Assembly (NCBI GenBank): GCA_048128005.1
Contig: JBEUKZ010000083.1
Span: forward strand, 62,001-126,000
Origin: Veleropilina oligotropha
Taxonomy: Eukaryota
Direction: 5' to 3'
Length of the DNA stretch: 64,000 nucleotides
Shown here: one piece after another, positions 14,201-27,545 of the stretch
Layout: every line of letters begins with the position of its first letter
Position numbering within the stretch: position 1 is the stretch's first letter
The notes under the pieces: model-generated
What the model saw: the letters and a program-made list of their open reading frames with translations, nothing else
Told to the model about the DNA's origin: nothing
Database searches by the model: none
Program-made: the position numbers and the translations under genes

Positions 14201-17200
14201 ACCGAAGTCATTTGTTGACAGACAGACGGACGCACAGAGCAACAACAATATCCCACGCTTCCTTCAGGCGGCAGACAGATAGTGTTGTCCAAGTTTGGTG
14301 ATCATAGGACTTGTCGTATTCCAGGCACTGAGCTAAACGCAAAACTTAACGTTAAAAATACCGATGTCATTTGTGCGCAAAACATAGGTCAAGGTCGCGA
14401 GTCATTTGTGCGTAAAACGTAGGTCAAGGTCATGAGGGCAGCATCGATATGTAATGGGCACTCTATAACAAAGTTGTTGTCCAATTTTGGTGATCATAGG
14501 ACTTGTAGTGTTCCAGAAACTGAGCTAAACGCTCAACTTAACGTTGAAAATAGTGGAAAATACCGAAGGCATGTGTGCGTAGGTCAAGGTCATGAGAACA
14601 GCACCGATGTTTAATGGGCAGTCTATAACAATGATGTTGTCCAATTTTGGTGATAATAGGCCTTGTAGTATACCAGAAACCCAGTTAAACGCTAAACTTA
14701 ACGTTGAAAATGGTGAAAAATACTGTCATTTGAGCGTAAAAAGTAGGTCAAGGTCATGAGGGCAGCATCCATATGTAATGGGTAAACTGTAATAAAGATG
14801 CTGTCCAAATATGATGAACCTAGCACTTAAACTTTGTCAGAAAAAGAGCTAAACATAAATCTTAACAATTGTTGACGCCGACAAAGCTATACCTATATCC
14901 CGCTTCTGCTCCGCAGGCGGGACAACAAAAGGAATCAACAATTTCTATGTCCAAAAACACCTATTTGTATGCAAAATTATATTAAATTTTATTCAATATC
15001 GCTATGAGAGTATGAGGTAAGGTACATATAACCCACATCAAAGGATATATAAAATTTGCATATGCCCCCAAATTTCTTAATAATTATACAAGCTTAAATA
15101 CAATCAATACCAACATTTAACCAAATTGTTTACGGATTAACGGACGGATGGACAGAGCAACAACAATTATCCCCGCTTTTTCAGCCGATGGACAGAAAGT
15201 GTTGTCCAACTGTCCAAGTTTGGTGATCATAGGACTTTTCATATTCCAGACACTGAGCTAAACGCTAAACTTAACGTGGAAATTAGTGGAAAATGCCGAT
15301 GTCATGTGCGCGTAAAAATGTAGGTCAAGGTCGCAATATCAGCACCTATATTTAATGGGCAGTCTATAACAATTTTGGTGATCATAGGACTTGAAGTATT
15401 CCAGAAAATGAGCTAAACGGTAAACTTAACATTTAAAATGGTGAAAAATACCAAAGACATTTTCACGTAAAAAATAGGTAAAGATCACAGCATCCATATG
15501 TAATGGGTACACTGTAATAAAGATGCTGTCCAAATATGATGAACCTAGCACTTACACTTTGTCAGAAACAGAGCTAAACACAAATCTTAACAATTGTTGA
15601 CGACAACGCCGCCGACGACGCCGGAAAAGCTATACCTATGTCCCGCTTCTGCCCAGCAGGCGGGACAAAAATGAAGAACAGTAAGAACAGAGTTTTCATC
15701 GTCGAAGTCTTGACACGATATAGAGTGAGATTGATGTCCAAATTTAATGAATTGTTCAAAGCCAAGATGATCGCTAACTTTTGGACATCCGATGGGAGAG
15801 TCTTTTACAAACAGTCGGTGATCAGCGATCCAGTTCTTGTAAAAACATTAGACGACATAAGAAATGCATTTCCAGTAGATATATAAAATTTGCGTTTATG
15901 TTACGTGGTCCAAACTTTTATAAATTTAACAAACACATGGTTTCAAACGTACGACATGGTCTACAATAAATACTCGAGCGTGTATAATCCATATGGGGTT
16001 GGTTCACCTCCATACAGGACCGGTATAGAGTTATCTCCCCCCGTGCCTTACAAATCAATAAATAATATGGCGGCAAAAAAGCGGTTCGCGCAGACAACAC
16101 CACTGGAATGTGCCCGGTTTAAACAGGTTAAAGTGTAAAAACAGGTTGTCGGTAAGATATATTCGTTACATGGTTTGTTAGTGACCTAATATGGTATATA
16201 CAGGGTGAGTAAAATTCATATCAAGCTCGAGCTTCGCTCTCGCCTGATATGAATTTTACTCACCCTGTATATACCATATTAGGTCACTAACGCACCATGT
16301 AACTTATAATATTATTGATATTTTATTGTTCTACAAAGTGATGACGTTTGCATTAAGATGGCTTTCGATGTACTATAAATACCATGTACTATATATTATA
16401 TAACAGAATAATAACATCGCTCAATACCACTATTGGCATAGCCCATCCCACAACCACTACTAGCCCCTCCCACAACCACTACTAGCCCCTCCCACAACCA
16501 CATTGAACTCATTGTGTGTATCTCTATCGTTTCCCGTTTTTCTTGCACAGTTTATATTCTAAGATATGTTATAATAATATGTTCCATAATACAAGTCATT
16601 CCTGCTGGTTGCACGTAATCAAAAATAGAATAAAAAAATAGCAATTGGTGAAATTAATGAGATACAAGATAACCCCACGCAAGATCTGAGCAATTTACTT
16701 GATGCTGATCTACCAATAAATAATACATGTGATTATTACGATCCGAGTGATTTACATAAATTGAACTCTTTTAATTCTACATTAAATGTTTTGCAACATA
16801 ATATACATAGTCTACCCAGTAAGATCGATGAGTTGAAGAAGTTATTATAAAAAATCCAAACAAATAAATATACCGTCGATATTATCATGTTATGCGAGAC
16901 CTTCATTAACGATTTTAACTTGAAATATTGCAAAATAGACGGTTACTCGCTAATTGAACACCATTGCACGAATAAATCTAGGGAAGGTATTTATGTAAAA
17001 AATGATATAAAATATAAAGAGCGACATGATTTAAGTATCTTTAATGAAGGTGATATTGAAACATGCTGTATTGAAATTCAGACTAGGACAACAAAAAACA
17101 TTATTGTTGCCGAAATGTACCGAGTTCCTGGAACTGACGAAAACAACTTTCTTATTGAGTATAACAAACTATTAGAACAAGTCAATAATGAACCCAAAGA

Positions 17201-20200
17201 TATCATAATAGGGTGTGATCAATACATGGATTATCTGAAAATTAATAGTCATAGTAATACTGAAAAATTACTAGAGACAACCTTGTCGTTTGGCCTTCTA
17301 CCTTTAATTACAAAGCCAACACGAATTACACACCGTAGCGCTACATTCATTGATAACATTTACATTTCAAACAATCTGGCAAAAAATTATAAATCAGCAA
17401 TACTTACAATCCACATTTCGGATCACTTACCATGTTTAGTACTAATAATGCATGATTAAAAGAGAAAAAAGTAGCCAAACACGATTAGAAGCCGAAAATT
17501 AACGGACAATAAAAATATATCAATAAATACTATACTAGGACGTTATGATTGGAATATACTTAATAATTTTAGTGTTGATGACAGTTTTGATATATATATT
17601 AATGTAATAAAAATACGTTAGATACAATAGCACCAGGAAAAATCATAAAGATATCCGCTAAAAATACTATAATTGACCCTTTCATGACTTCAGGTTTATT
17701 AAAAAGTTCCAAAACTTGCGACAAACTATATAAAATCGCAATTGGCAATGAGAAAACAGACCCAACATACATCAAATATATTAAATATAGAAATAAATAC
17801 AACCAAATAAAAAGGAAAGCTAAATTCAACTATTATAATGAAAGGTTAATAAATTTTAAAAAGGACTCCAGGATACTATGGAAGGTAATAAATGAATTAA
17901 TAGGTAAACAAAATAATAACAAGAACGACGTGTTCGAAATATGTCTTGACATTTCTTTGTTTCCGTCAAATTTTCAGAACAGTTATAACGTTACAATGGC
18001 GAAGTGTATGTACAGTAGTTTACCACCCCGTCGATTGTGACGTCACTCAATGACGAGTAATCTAAAGCGTCATCGTAATGACGTCATTGCTATTTACTTG
18101 ATATTTGACATACGTTATATATCATATATGCATAAAAGTACCCAATAAATGCATATTTTTGCAATAATTTGTCGCGAAAGTTATATACACGACCTACAAA
18201 TACTCCTGGGAATGTGTGTACCAATTTTGGTGAAAATTGAGACGGTAGTTTTCAAATAAATCGACGGATATATATATATATAAGTATATAAGTATATATA
18301 TGTATATACACACGGACCATTTGATAATGTCTTGTCCTTTTTTGCAAAAAGGTCAAGACATAAAAACAGCATACCAGACTATATTACAAGTGATGGTATC
18401 AAAATTTATAAAAAACAAATGTGCTACAAATTTTGTACTTATTTCTCACCAGTCGGTAAAAACTGTCCGATTAAATTCCACAATGAACAAAGGACTTCAA
18501 AGAATATTGGGTTGATAGAACCGACGCAAATTTGTTTCTAGTACCCACTGATATTGTTGAAGTCACAACTACTGTATTACGCCTAAAAAAATATAAAAAG
18601 TAGTGGTCATGATAACATAAATAATAAACTATTAAAAAAGCTTATCCACACCATCAATCAACCATTAGCACTAATATTCAATAAATCAATAGAAAGTGGA
18701 ACTTTTCCCAGAAGTATGAAATTAGCAGTAGTCGCACCAGTATATACAAATAAAGACAAGCACGTCATAGTAACTACAGACCAATCTCATTGCTACCCAC
18801 CATCTCTAAAGTGCTGGAAAAAATTATGTATAAAATAATATATGGACATTTAGCTTCTAATAATATATTATTTCGTAGTCAATATGACTTTAGAAAGAAA
18901 CATAACACTATAGATGCAGTAACAGAGCTTATAAGCAACATAATTAATGGGTTTGCAGAGAAAAAATATACACTTGGTATATTCTTGGACCTGTCAAAAG
19001 CGTTCGACATTATAAATCATACAATAAATCATACAGTAAATTAGAGCACTACGGGATAAGGGGATGGCGAAATCAATGGATTCAGAGCTATTTACACGAC
19101 ATAATGCAAAGAGTCAAACTCCACAATGACTCCAATGACAGTACTTGATCCAAATACATTCCAGTTGAATGTGGTGTCCCACAGGGATCAGTGCTAGGAC
19201 CACTTCTCTTTTTAATATACTGTACGTGAATGATGTAAATAAATGTTAACGGTATCTAAAGATGAGAATGTTCGCAGATAACATACCAATGCACATTACA
19301 GGAAACAAGACAACGCTTATTTATAAAATGGTCAATCAAGTTTTATAAGCAATAGCAGAATGGCTTAAAAGTAACAAATTATCTCTTAATGTCAGGAAAA
19401 GAAATAGCATTTTATTTACACAAAATAATACCACCATCCCAGAAGAAAACACTCTCAGAATAGATAATGAAGCTATAACACAGGTTAGATCAACAAAGTT
19501 TTTAGGTATGATTATTGATCAAAACTTAAATTGGATGGATCATACAAATTATATATACAACAAACTATTGCGAAGCATGTATAATCTACGTTGCAGTAAA
19601 AATAAATTCCGAACTCGATACACTGTCATCTGACCTATGGCATAACTCTTTGGGGCCCAATGGCAAGAGGCTCACAAATTAATAAAGTATTTAAATTGCA
19701 GAAAAATGTATGCTATTAATAATAAATGCAAATATAATGACCACACCAATCCCTCATTTAAGAGGTAAAAGGTTAAAAATATTAAAATTAGAAGACAAGA
19801 TTGAATTTAATTTAAGAAAACTAGGTTATAATTATTACAACAAGCATCTATACCTGCTCCTATTATGACAATATTTCAAAATAGTTCTCAACTTCATAAC
19901 TATAACACTAGATACAGAAACAACCCTATAGTTCAACAGCATATTAAGGTGGTATACAACAAAAGCTTGCTAAGTAAAATGCCTTCATCTTGGGGTAATT
20001 TGCCGATGGCCTTAAAAATTTGTCCGTCAATGTCTTGTTTTTCAAGAAGATACATTAAATCTAAAATAAACGATTACTGAACCCAGCTCGGATGACATTT
20101 ATTTATTACATACATATGAATACAAACTTTCTTCTCAGCACAACTATCACTTCCTTTCTTATTCTATCCTTAATGTAGTATCATTTGTAATTTATTTGTG

Positions 20201-23200
20201 TATTTTCTTTATAGCACTTATTGTTATTATTGTCAAATTAAGTTTAATACTGTCAATATATAGGGGTGTCTTCGCCGTACGGAACAGTCATTATTGACTC
20301 TGGAGACATCCTTCCAAAGTATGTCGTTAAAATATTATTTAATATAATTATTTACTATATGGATTATGTTATTGTTAACTACATTTGAAAGGAAAATAAA
20401 CATCATCATCATCAAATGTTGCAGCTTCATATAACTGTATAATTGATACGGCGTATGTCTTTATTATTCAGGAATAATTCTTGCTGATGCTTGTGGTATG
20501 AATACGAAGTGCATTGTGCCGGGGTCAGTGTGCAATACAGATGGACTATGCGAATGCAGCGGACTAACCCGGTCCTCCAAAGACAATCTAGCGTGCGTCC
20601 CGGAAAGTCCCTTCGTGGCCTTCTCTCCTCTTGGTGGATCGTGTGGGAAAGGAATAATATGCTATCTTTCGTTTGAACTAGAATGTATTGATGGTGTTTG
20701 TCAATGCAATGATGGGAAACGACTGAAGTCGGATGAAGAGAGGTTGGACACGTACACCAGTCCGCTGCGATGTGTGCCTGATGACTCTTCATGTAAGTAC
20801 CAAGATCTCCAGATCTTGCGATTCAAAGAAATGACGAATTCATAGTATACCAATCTTCCTTTTATGATACGTGTAATTTCATACATGTCAGGAATAGTAG
20901 TTCGAAGCAGCCAATCGAGACTACGGCAATGATAGTTGCCCATGACAGCAAAGTCACTAGAAACGCGTATGGTGCTTGGAAGTACAATAAAAATTAAAAC
21001 ACTTACATAATGTTCACTTTGTTAAGAATTTTCGTTATTACGCTATATTATTAACAATGACAAGTGCGCAACTGACGCTTATACCAAAACACACACACAC
21101 GCTCACGTACATTTTGTCATATATAATTTACAATCCTTTAAATGTTGTTTTCTGACTCCTTGTTGAATTTATAGTTTACGTACACAATGTCACAACCAAT
21201 TCACACTATATGCTGCATTATTAAATAAATTGTTCATGGTTTCAATAATGGATGCTAGTTTACACCATATATAATATAAGCAAATACGCACTGAGGAATT
21301 GACTCATATCTGCCGGTTTGAGGTCATGCAGACTGACATTCAAAGCAGGAACCGTTTTTCAAGATGTGGTTGGAATCTAAGGACATGGAGAAAGATCCGT
21401 TGGTCATATTATATGAAAGCAGGTTCTGCGTCACATTGGGATCTGGAGGTACTAAAACATAACAACACACCCACAAATATTCGTGCTCTTTGAAACGGTC
21501 ATGACATGGGATTGCCTGTCCCACGACTGTAAGTTGGCCCGCATGTTCACTGTGCGTCCTCAGTCTGATCTGCCTACGAGAACTGCCGGCATGGACGATA
21601 ATGCGAGACCATGCCAGGCTGAAGCATAAGTCGAGATATGACCTAATGGAGCAAGCCTGGGCCAATCTGCAAGAACTGGCAAAACTGACGTCCTACAGGA
21701 GACACGAGGAGGACGATAGTAAATAGTAATACATATAGGCTCGGTAGTGAACATGATGACTAAGGTCTGCAGAAGACGGACTGAAATGTCGTAACCGATT
21801 TGGAAATAATGTTTGAAAGTAAGTAAATCTATGTTTACTAATTACTATATACTGCATTTGTTGTTGCAGTTTCGCGCTCCTCATTTGCTTGTCCCAGAAT
21901 AGCTGAAGAACCGGAACAGCCAGGTACGTACGTCATGTGACTAGTAAACACGCCCATATAATTATATTATATGCACACCACGGTTTGTTTCAATGAAAAA
22001 CAGTATAAAGATGGTTTTACTTCACAAATAACGTATCGTTCAATTAATTCAAGAAAGTGCAACAACTTGTCTCTCCAAAAAATGGATCGTAAATGGATTT
22101 TGTTCAAATCTAACAAATTAATAAAAGCTGAAGAAGAACACGAAATTAATTTCTGTCACTAAATTGTAGGCTATGATTAGTTAATGGCAATAAATAAATA
22201 TACTGGTAAAATCGCTTCGATATGCCATGGTGACATTGCCTGCATGCATTCTATTCGTATCGTTATTTCACCGCTCCAGTCTCAGCACAATCACCTCTTG
22301 CCTTGGCATTTGGATTGACGATGACAGTCCTGGTAGTGGCGGTGGTCGCGACAATAACGGTGACACGATGGAGACGAATAAGGTCAGTATATATTAACCC
22401 TTCTCTTACTTTAGCTTTTAATACTGCAATCTGATTGGTTAACATTCCTTCGACAATTACCGTATTCCCCACCCAGGCGGGGTATATGAATTATTTATAC
22501 CTTACGTAGTTATGTGTACTATTGTGATTTGGAGCGCCCTCATAGACAAGGGAGATAATTTTGAACATGTCGTCTGCCAAAACATCAATGCAAATGTTAA
22601 GTCTTGGAATCGTACATCGTTTCGATAATTTTGCATCAATTTCATTTTATAGTCTTAACGGTTTACAATTTTTACATTTTCATGTAAAATGAATATTCAA
22701 TTATCCTTATTTAGTTAATTTTGGTGTTTACGGCGACTTCCTATTATTCTCCTGCGCAGAGACGTCATTTCTCTACCGTATTGTACGGAGTATTCTTAAT
22801 TTCTCTGCCTAGAGAGAGGCGGTTGCTAGGCATTTTTATTACATTCTAATGGGCGCGTCGGAATATCTTCAAAATATATATAATATATATAATTTTATTA
22901 ATTTTATTTCATTTGCATTTCTATTTGACTATATGTATCGACTGTGTATGCAGCTTTTATACCTAACATAGTTTTAACATTTTATTCTTATCCTATGTTT
23001 TTATGTATCTTATCTTGTATATCTGTCTTTTTACAATTGCATGTATTTATTATTGTATATGTTTTTTTTTTTTTTATATTTTCTGTATGTGTGTCATTTG
23101 TATGTATGGCTCCATTGTAAAACAGTTTTATAACTGATTATGGATCCCAATAAAAACTTCAAACTTCAAACTACTATTGTGATTTGGAGCGCCCTCGAAG

Positions 23201-24541
23201 ACAAGGGAGATAATTGTGAACATGTCGTCTGCCAAAACATCAATACAAATGTTAAGTCATGGAATCGTACATCGTTTCGAAAATTATGCATCAATTTAAT
23301 TTTATATTCGTAACGGTTTACACTTTTGACATTTTCATGTAAAATAAAATATTCAATTATCCTTATTTAGTTAATTTGGGTGTTTACTTCGGCTTCCTAT
23401 TAATCTCCTGCGCAGAGACGTCATTTCTTTAACGTACCGTACGGAGTATTCTTAATTTCTCTGCCTGGAGAGTGACGGTTGCTAGGCATTATTATTTCAT
23501 TCTAATGGGCGCGTCAGAATAGATTCAATATTTTATATAATGTATATTGGTATGCATGTATTTTCCACAAACATACTTTGTGTATTTTTCAATAATCATG
23601 CCAATTATGCTAAAATATCACAGTTATAACGGAAGGAATATTTTTTATATTGAACGCGAGTTTTACACATGATCTTCGGCAGAGCTGAAAACATTATTTT
23701 AGGAACGCGATTTTTAGTAACAATAATAGCATATATAAAATGGATTATTTCACGGAGTTACGAAGTTGGAAAAGAAACTTGTTCAAAAGGCTTGATTTTA
23801 TTTTATTGAAGTAAGATAAATTCGTTGTCGGCATAGCCCTCGTGAAAAATGGGTCTATGTACCGTTTGTGAGAATTTATTAACCTCGACTTCGTCTCGGT
23901 TAATAAATTCTCACAAACAGGTCCATAGACCCATATTCCCCTCGGACAATGCCAACAACATATATTATTCAGGTGTGTATTGTATATCATCAAAATCACG
24001 GCGAGTATTTGCCATGTGTACTGTTATGATTTGTGACGTAACTATGGCAATATTTAGGAAATAGATATACAATATTGAAGTTAGAACCCCATCTGAAGTG
24101 CGGTCACTTTGTTAGTATATTATATGATATTAAGCCATGGAATAACATTGTTCTTCTGATTATATTATATGATATTAAGCCATGGAATAACATTGTTCTT
24201 CTGATTGATGGTTGTCATGATGGATTGGAGCCTCCGATAATCGTAATACTAGTATCTGAATAACTGGGGTATATATAGGCCTAGGTTAATTTTGTCTGAA
24301 CTGGTTAAAACTCAATGTCACATGTATAATTTGCAACCGACAGATACGTAAAACTAACTTGTATATTCGTATATACTTATTTTTATTCAGAAAAAGACGA
24401 GCTGACGCAGAGAGCGACAGTTTGCAATCTTTGTCGTCAGATGGCGACAGTGTGCTCGGACATGGAATGTCGCTCTTCAGGGGACATAAATCTTGGACTG
24501 ATACGAAGCGACCATATGTTAACCCTGTTGCTAGCATTTAG
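8238..24541 (+). CDS. Multi-exon cysteine-rich (EB-module/EGF-like repeat) single-pass membrane protein; 5' end not identified
   Basis: Exons with AG/GT boundaries and compatible phases: 8238-8366 (PFGESCSDELTICQSSFTCNDTNLCGCGENEMLSADNTRCIE), 10705-10854 (IGADCSFEGAMC..CRCKMNLFPVNNDQEC), 20472-20792 (two Cys modules), 21870-21923 (linker), 22280-22382 (TM: LALAFGLTMTVLVVAVVATITVT-RWRRI), 24391-24541 (cytoplasmic tail ..RPYVNPVASI*). Splice phases are 1-1-1-1-2 and keep the frame. Confidence 0.8.
8627..8918. mobile_element. Harbinger-type MITE
   Basis: TIRs GGGCGGGTTGTA / TACAACCCGCCC; TSD CTG at 8624-8626 and 8919-8921 (CWG is typical of animal Harbingers). Confidence 0.8.
9223..10453. mobile_element. 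Non-autonomous TIR element with subterminal TGAAATATTCACCCC repeats
   Basis: Termini CCGGTGT..ATTTTCACCCC / GGGGTGAAAATTTTCATATGACACCGG; ~100-bp repetitive inverted ends; no clear TSD. Confidence 0.7.
11140..11462 (+). mobile_element. Degenerate tRNA-derived SINE copies (family B)
   Basis: Similar to 49830-50507, 29735-29976 and 44958-45125; B-box-like TTTCGAATCTC; 3' end ATTAAGCATC. Confidence 0.55.
11585..11847. mobile_element. Near-perfect foldback MITE with 8-bp TSD (GG..CC termini, Merlin-like)
   Basis: ~120-bp nearly identical arms starting GGATCTTTTCC; TSD ACGTATAG at 11577-11584 and 11848-11855. Confidence 0.85.
13028..13160. repeat. 21-bp tandem repeat (CCAAGAACGCAATATTCCACT), ~6 copies
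   Basis: Directly visible; explains the repetitive ORFs on both strands. Confidence 0.95.
13830..15670 (-). mobile_element. Tandem Helentron-associated (HINE/pearl-like) non-autonomous repeats inserted in LINE ORF1
   Basis: Repeated units (GAGCTAAACGC.AAACTTAACGTTGAAAA..TAGGTCAAGGTC); GACAGACGGAC microsatellites; hairpin-containing heads TCCCGCTTCTGC..GCAGGCGGGACAA at ~14898-14925 and ~15641-15669. Confidence 0.6.
15980..16309. mobile_element. Hairpin-terminated non-autonomous element, family 1 (left-truncated copy)
   Basis: Long inverted repeat 16165-16303 with apex GCTCGAGCTTCGCTCTCGC; high similarity to 40385-40723. Confidence 0.8.
17918..18364 (-). mobile_element. Helentron-like (HINE) insertion in LINE ORF2
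   Basis: Interrupts the LINE frame between ..GKQNN and KNSIPD at an A/T site; (TA)n microsatellite; terminal hairpin ATGTCTTG..CAAGACAT; AACAAG end. Confidence 0.6.
22400..23965. mobile_element. Hairpin-terminated element, family 2 (intronic; left boundary tentative)
   Basis: Long inverted repeat 23824-23959 with apex CCTCGACTTCGTCTCGG; short IR TCTTACTT (22404-22411) / AAGTAAGA (23809-23816). Confidence 0.6.
22517..23528. repeat. ~355-bp direct repeats (22517-22872, 23172-23528) flanking a LINE-like 3' tail fragment
   Basis: Both copies begin TACTATTGTGATTTGGAGCGCCCTC; the spacer ends AATAAA-(AAACTTC)n. Confidence 0.85.
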
Positions 24542-26895
24542 AGTGCAATGCAGGACACGAATAATCAGGAAAAACACAAAGTGTACTCATGTTGTTGTAA
24601 TTTTACGCACTCTGTACAGTATTTTATCGACATTTAACCTTTCAACATGAAATTTGGCTCCTATATGTGACATAGTCAGCTGAGCCAATCCGATGCTGAT
24701 TTGTCCGGTCGGCCGGAATTTCAGTCACTTTTTTATACCAATGTGGGTGTACTTTCTTATGCCAATTTGATACGAGTTTCCCGCATACAGTTGTGAATAT
24801 ATTTTGATAAGGTAATAAAGTTCTACATCTAATGATTCCTATTTTGTCCTAAATTTAGAGAGGTGGCACATTTGCCATAATTGTGATTATCTCTGAAACA
24901 ATTTTTGGTCGTTTTCCTGATTTTCCATGGCCATTGGTTATCATGATATTAATATTAGAAAAGTATAAACACGTTTTCTCGGTTGTGCCGAAATTTCAAT
25001 TGATCTTTGACAAACAAGTTTCATTAAAAATGTCAATATGTTAATAATAAGGTAAGTTCTGTCCAAACGATACATATTGGACATTCCAGTGTATTTATTA
25101 TTTCGTTGGTAGATGTATAATAATAATGATAAATTTTGTTTAAAGATTATTTAAACACAGATCTCTACCGATCCACTGACCCATATTTCTATGTAATTTG
25201 TTTACCTATTTGATAATGACTTTATCAAGCATGTAAGTAGTACATAATCTATACTAATTACCAAGGATTGCATTACTGTAAATATATTGTATAATGATAT
25301 AAAATTGATCGTCGAACTGATTTTACCATACAAAATGATCAATGCAACGAAGCAGACAATGACGAATTTCATGATGAGGTCAATATTTTATTGCCGACTA
25401 AATTATCCTGGAAAATATAAAGTTAATATTTCACAATCCCTTACCTTTTTTCGAAAAGTTCCAAGTTTTATAGAATCAATATGTGATAATGTTATAGAGC
25501 GAACAAAATGTTGTTCAATTGTATATTTAATATTTCTGGAACGACCCTGGTTGTTGGACATTAGTGCATGTGTTATGATTGTGTATCATATTGTTATGTT
25601 AGGCCGACATTATGTACTAGTATCAATTTGAACTGAAGATATATATGCATATATTAATATGCGACCGTGTTGTTAAGTTGTAATTTGCAAATAAAATGTG
25701 TTTTCGTTATAGTGTTGTATATATCATAGCGTACGTCTCCGGAATCCGTACGCAATATATCACACCTCGTGTGTGTATATATTAGTTTATACTTAGATGG
25801 CATGCATTGTATGCTGTGCAGCTTTGTGTGTACTGCAACCACCAAACAATTTCATGTCTGGATATTATTATATATATTTAAATATCCCCACACGCACTCA
25901 TGCATACACCCACTCATACCTGCGTATATCCATATGTTCACACACAGACATGCATACATCCATAAATACCTGCGTACATCCATATATATATATTACAGAA
26001 TAGAATAAAAGTATTTGTTTTCTAAAGCTGATTTAGATTGATAATTTATTCATTATAATACAAGACAGTAGAGCTTTAATGTTTCCATTTTGCAATTGCG
26101 TTCAATTTAGTGAGAATTGTTTACATAGTTTCGGTACTGGAAACACAGCCTTTGTTTATAAATATTATGGAAAGTCGATATAACCAGTGCATGTGTAGCA
26201 GTCATACTTTCGATCACACGCATAAATCACAGTAATTTTCCATCATGCCATGCTGACTAATTATCGCCTGTTATCCATAGACCAATCAAATAGCTGTACT
26301 TAATGACTATTTGTGGAACTTGTAGCTTTTAAAAATGACTGTTCTGTATTGTGAAGTTAGTCCGGACTGGAAATCGACCTCGTTAATAGTCGGACTCGTA
26401 TACTCGCTGCTTAGCTTATAAATGCGCTATCTAATCACCATTATTCCATGCTGCTGTTGTCGATAAACATTTTATCCACATATGTGGAAACATCGCAGTT
26501 ATCTAGTACATAGAGCCATGCTAATATGAAGTAAGCAAACCAGACATTTGGTGGACTTGACGCTAGTCACGGAGCATTCAGTCTTTACCATCGAGCAGTT
26601 CCGATGAGGTCTCACAACGCCTTGATTAGGGGGCTGTTCCACTGAATGTCTTAGTCCTGAGACGATCACTTATAAGAAGCATAAATGGCTGGTAGCACCT
26701 TGGCTACAACTATGGCGTTGGTCCTATGACTTTGACTATTTTGAAACCGATATGCGCATGCGCAGCAACCTTTGATCTTTCCAGACTACTATATTATCTG
26801 CCAGCCTTTAAGTTTTCCATGAACGTCTTCGAAGTATATCATCCCAGTGAGTGTGCCACATCGTCACAGTCCTCTCTTTGGAGCCAGGTGACCAG

Positions 26896-27332
26896 GGGCG
26901 CGTTGCTTTCATTAAACTGTTTGCTATCGGTAACGGTTATTACGTAGCGACATAGCGGTTGACAAAGCAACGACATAACGTCAAAAGCGATTGATAACAT
27001 GGCGTCGTTAAGGAAAAAATGCGTTACTTTTAGGTTAATATTTATTAAATGATCGAACATAAGAAGAAAACATACAAAATCATGAGGAATTAGCGTACGT
27101 TGTATTTTGAGATACAAGATTTTCTCATCGTTCAGTCCATTGTCAATGATACGCGTAGTGAGCTAACGATGCCCTCGACGTGTACTTGACGCCATTGTTG
27201 ATTGTAAACGTAGCGCAAAGATCTTACGCTACCAATCGCTACGCATCGCTAGGTAACCGTTACGTCATAGCATGACGTTACTGTGGCAAATCGGAAAACA
27301 GTTGCAAACGGTTTAACGAAAGCAACGGGCCC
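26896..27332. mobile_element. Harbinger-type MITE
   Basis: TIRs GGGCGCGTTGCTTTCATTAAACTGTTTGC / GCAAACGGTTTAACGAAAGCAACGGGCCC; TSD CAG at 26893-26895 and 27333-27335. Confidence 0.85.
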
Positions 27333-27545
27333 CAGGAAACCTGGCCCCGGTTTCTCAAAGCTCCTTAACTTAAGATTTCCCTCAAAACGTTCTATTTCCT
27401 TAAGTTAAGGACGTCACGTCCTCAAGTGGGTTGCTCGAAGCATAAAACTTAAGTATCTCCCCAAAGTTAAGGAAATAGTGAGGTTTTTTCCTCAAATATT
27501 TGAGGCTGCTAGGTTGCGTCCTTAACTTTGAGGAATTCAACAAAA

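Larger units (their letters stand above)
12330..20412 (+). mobile_element. Near full-length decayed LINE (L2/Crack-like) interrupted by nested insertions
   Basis: ORF1 pieces 12746-12900 (coiled coil, LEQYSRRETLRF) and 15671-15886 (FWTSDGRVF); APE endonuclease 16887-17459 (LCETF, PTRIT, IDNI, ISDHLP); RT 18770-19300 (LPTISKVLEK, FLDLSKAFD, GVPQGSVLGP); C-terminus HNYNTR to 20080; AATAAA+(CAT)n tail at ~20395-20412. Related to the 4721-7222 copy. Confidence 0.9.

Noticed and set aside
21300..21820. GC-richer stretch with a GTAAGT donor inside the host gene
   Set aside because: Stops in all frames and no recognisable family; may be decayed coding or TE sequence.
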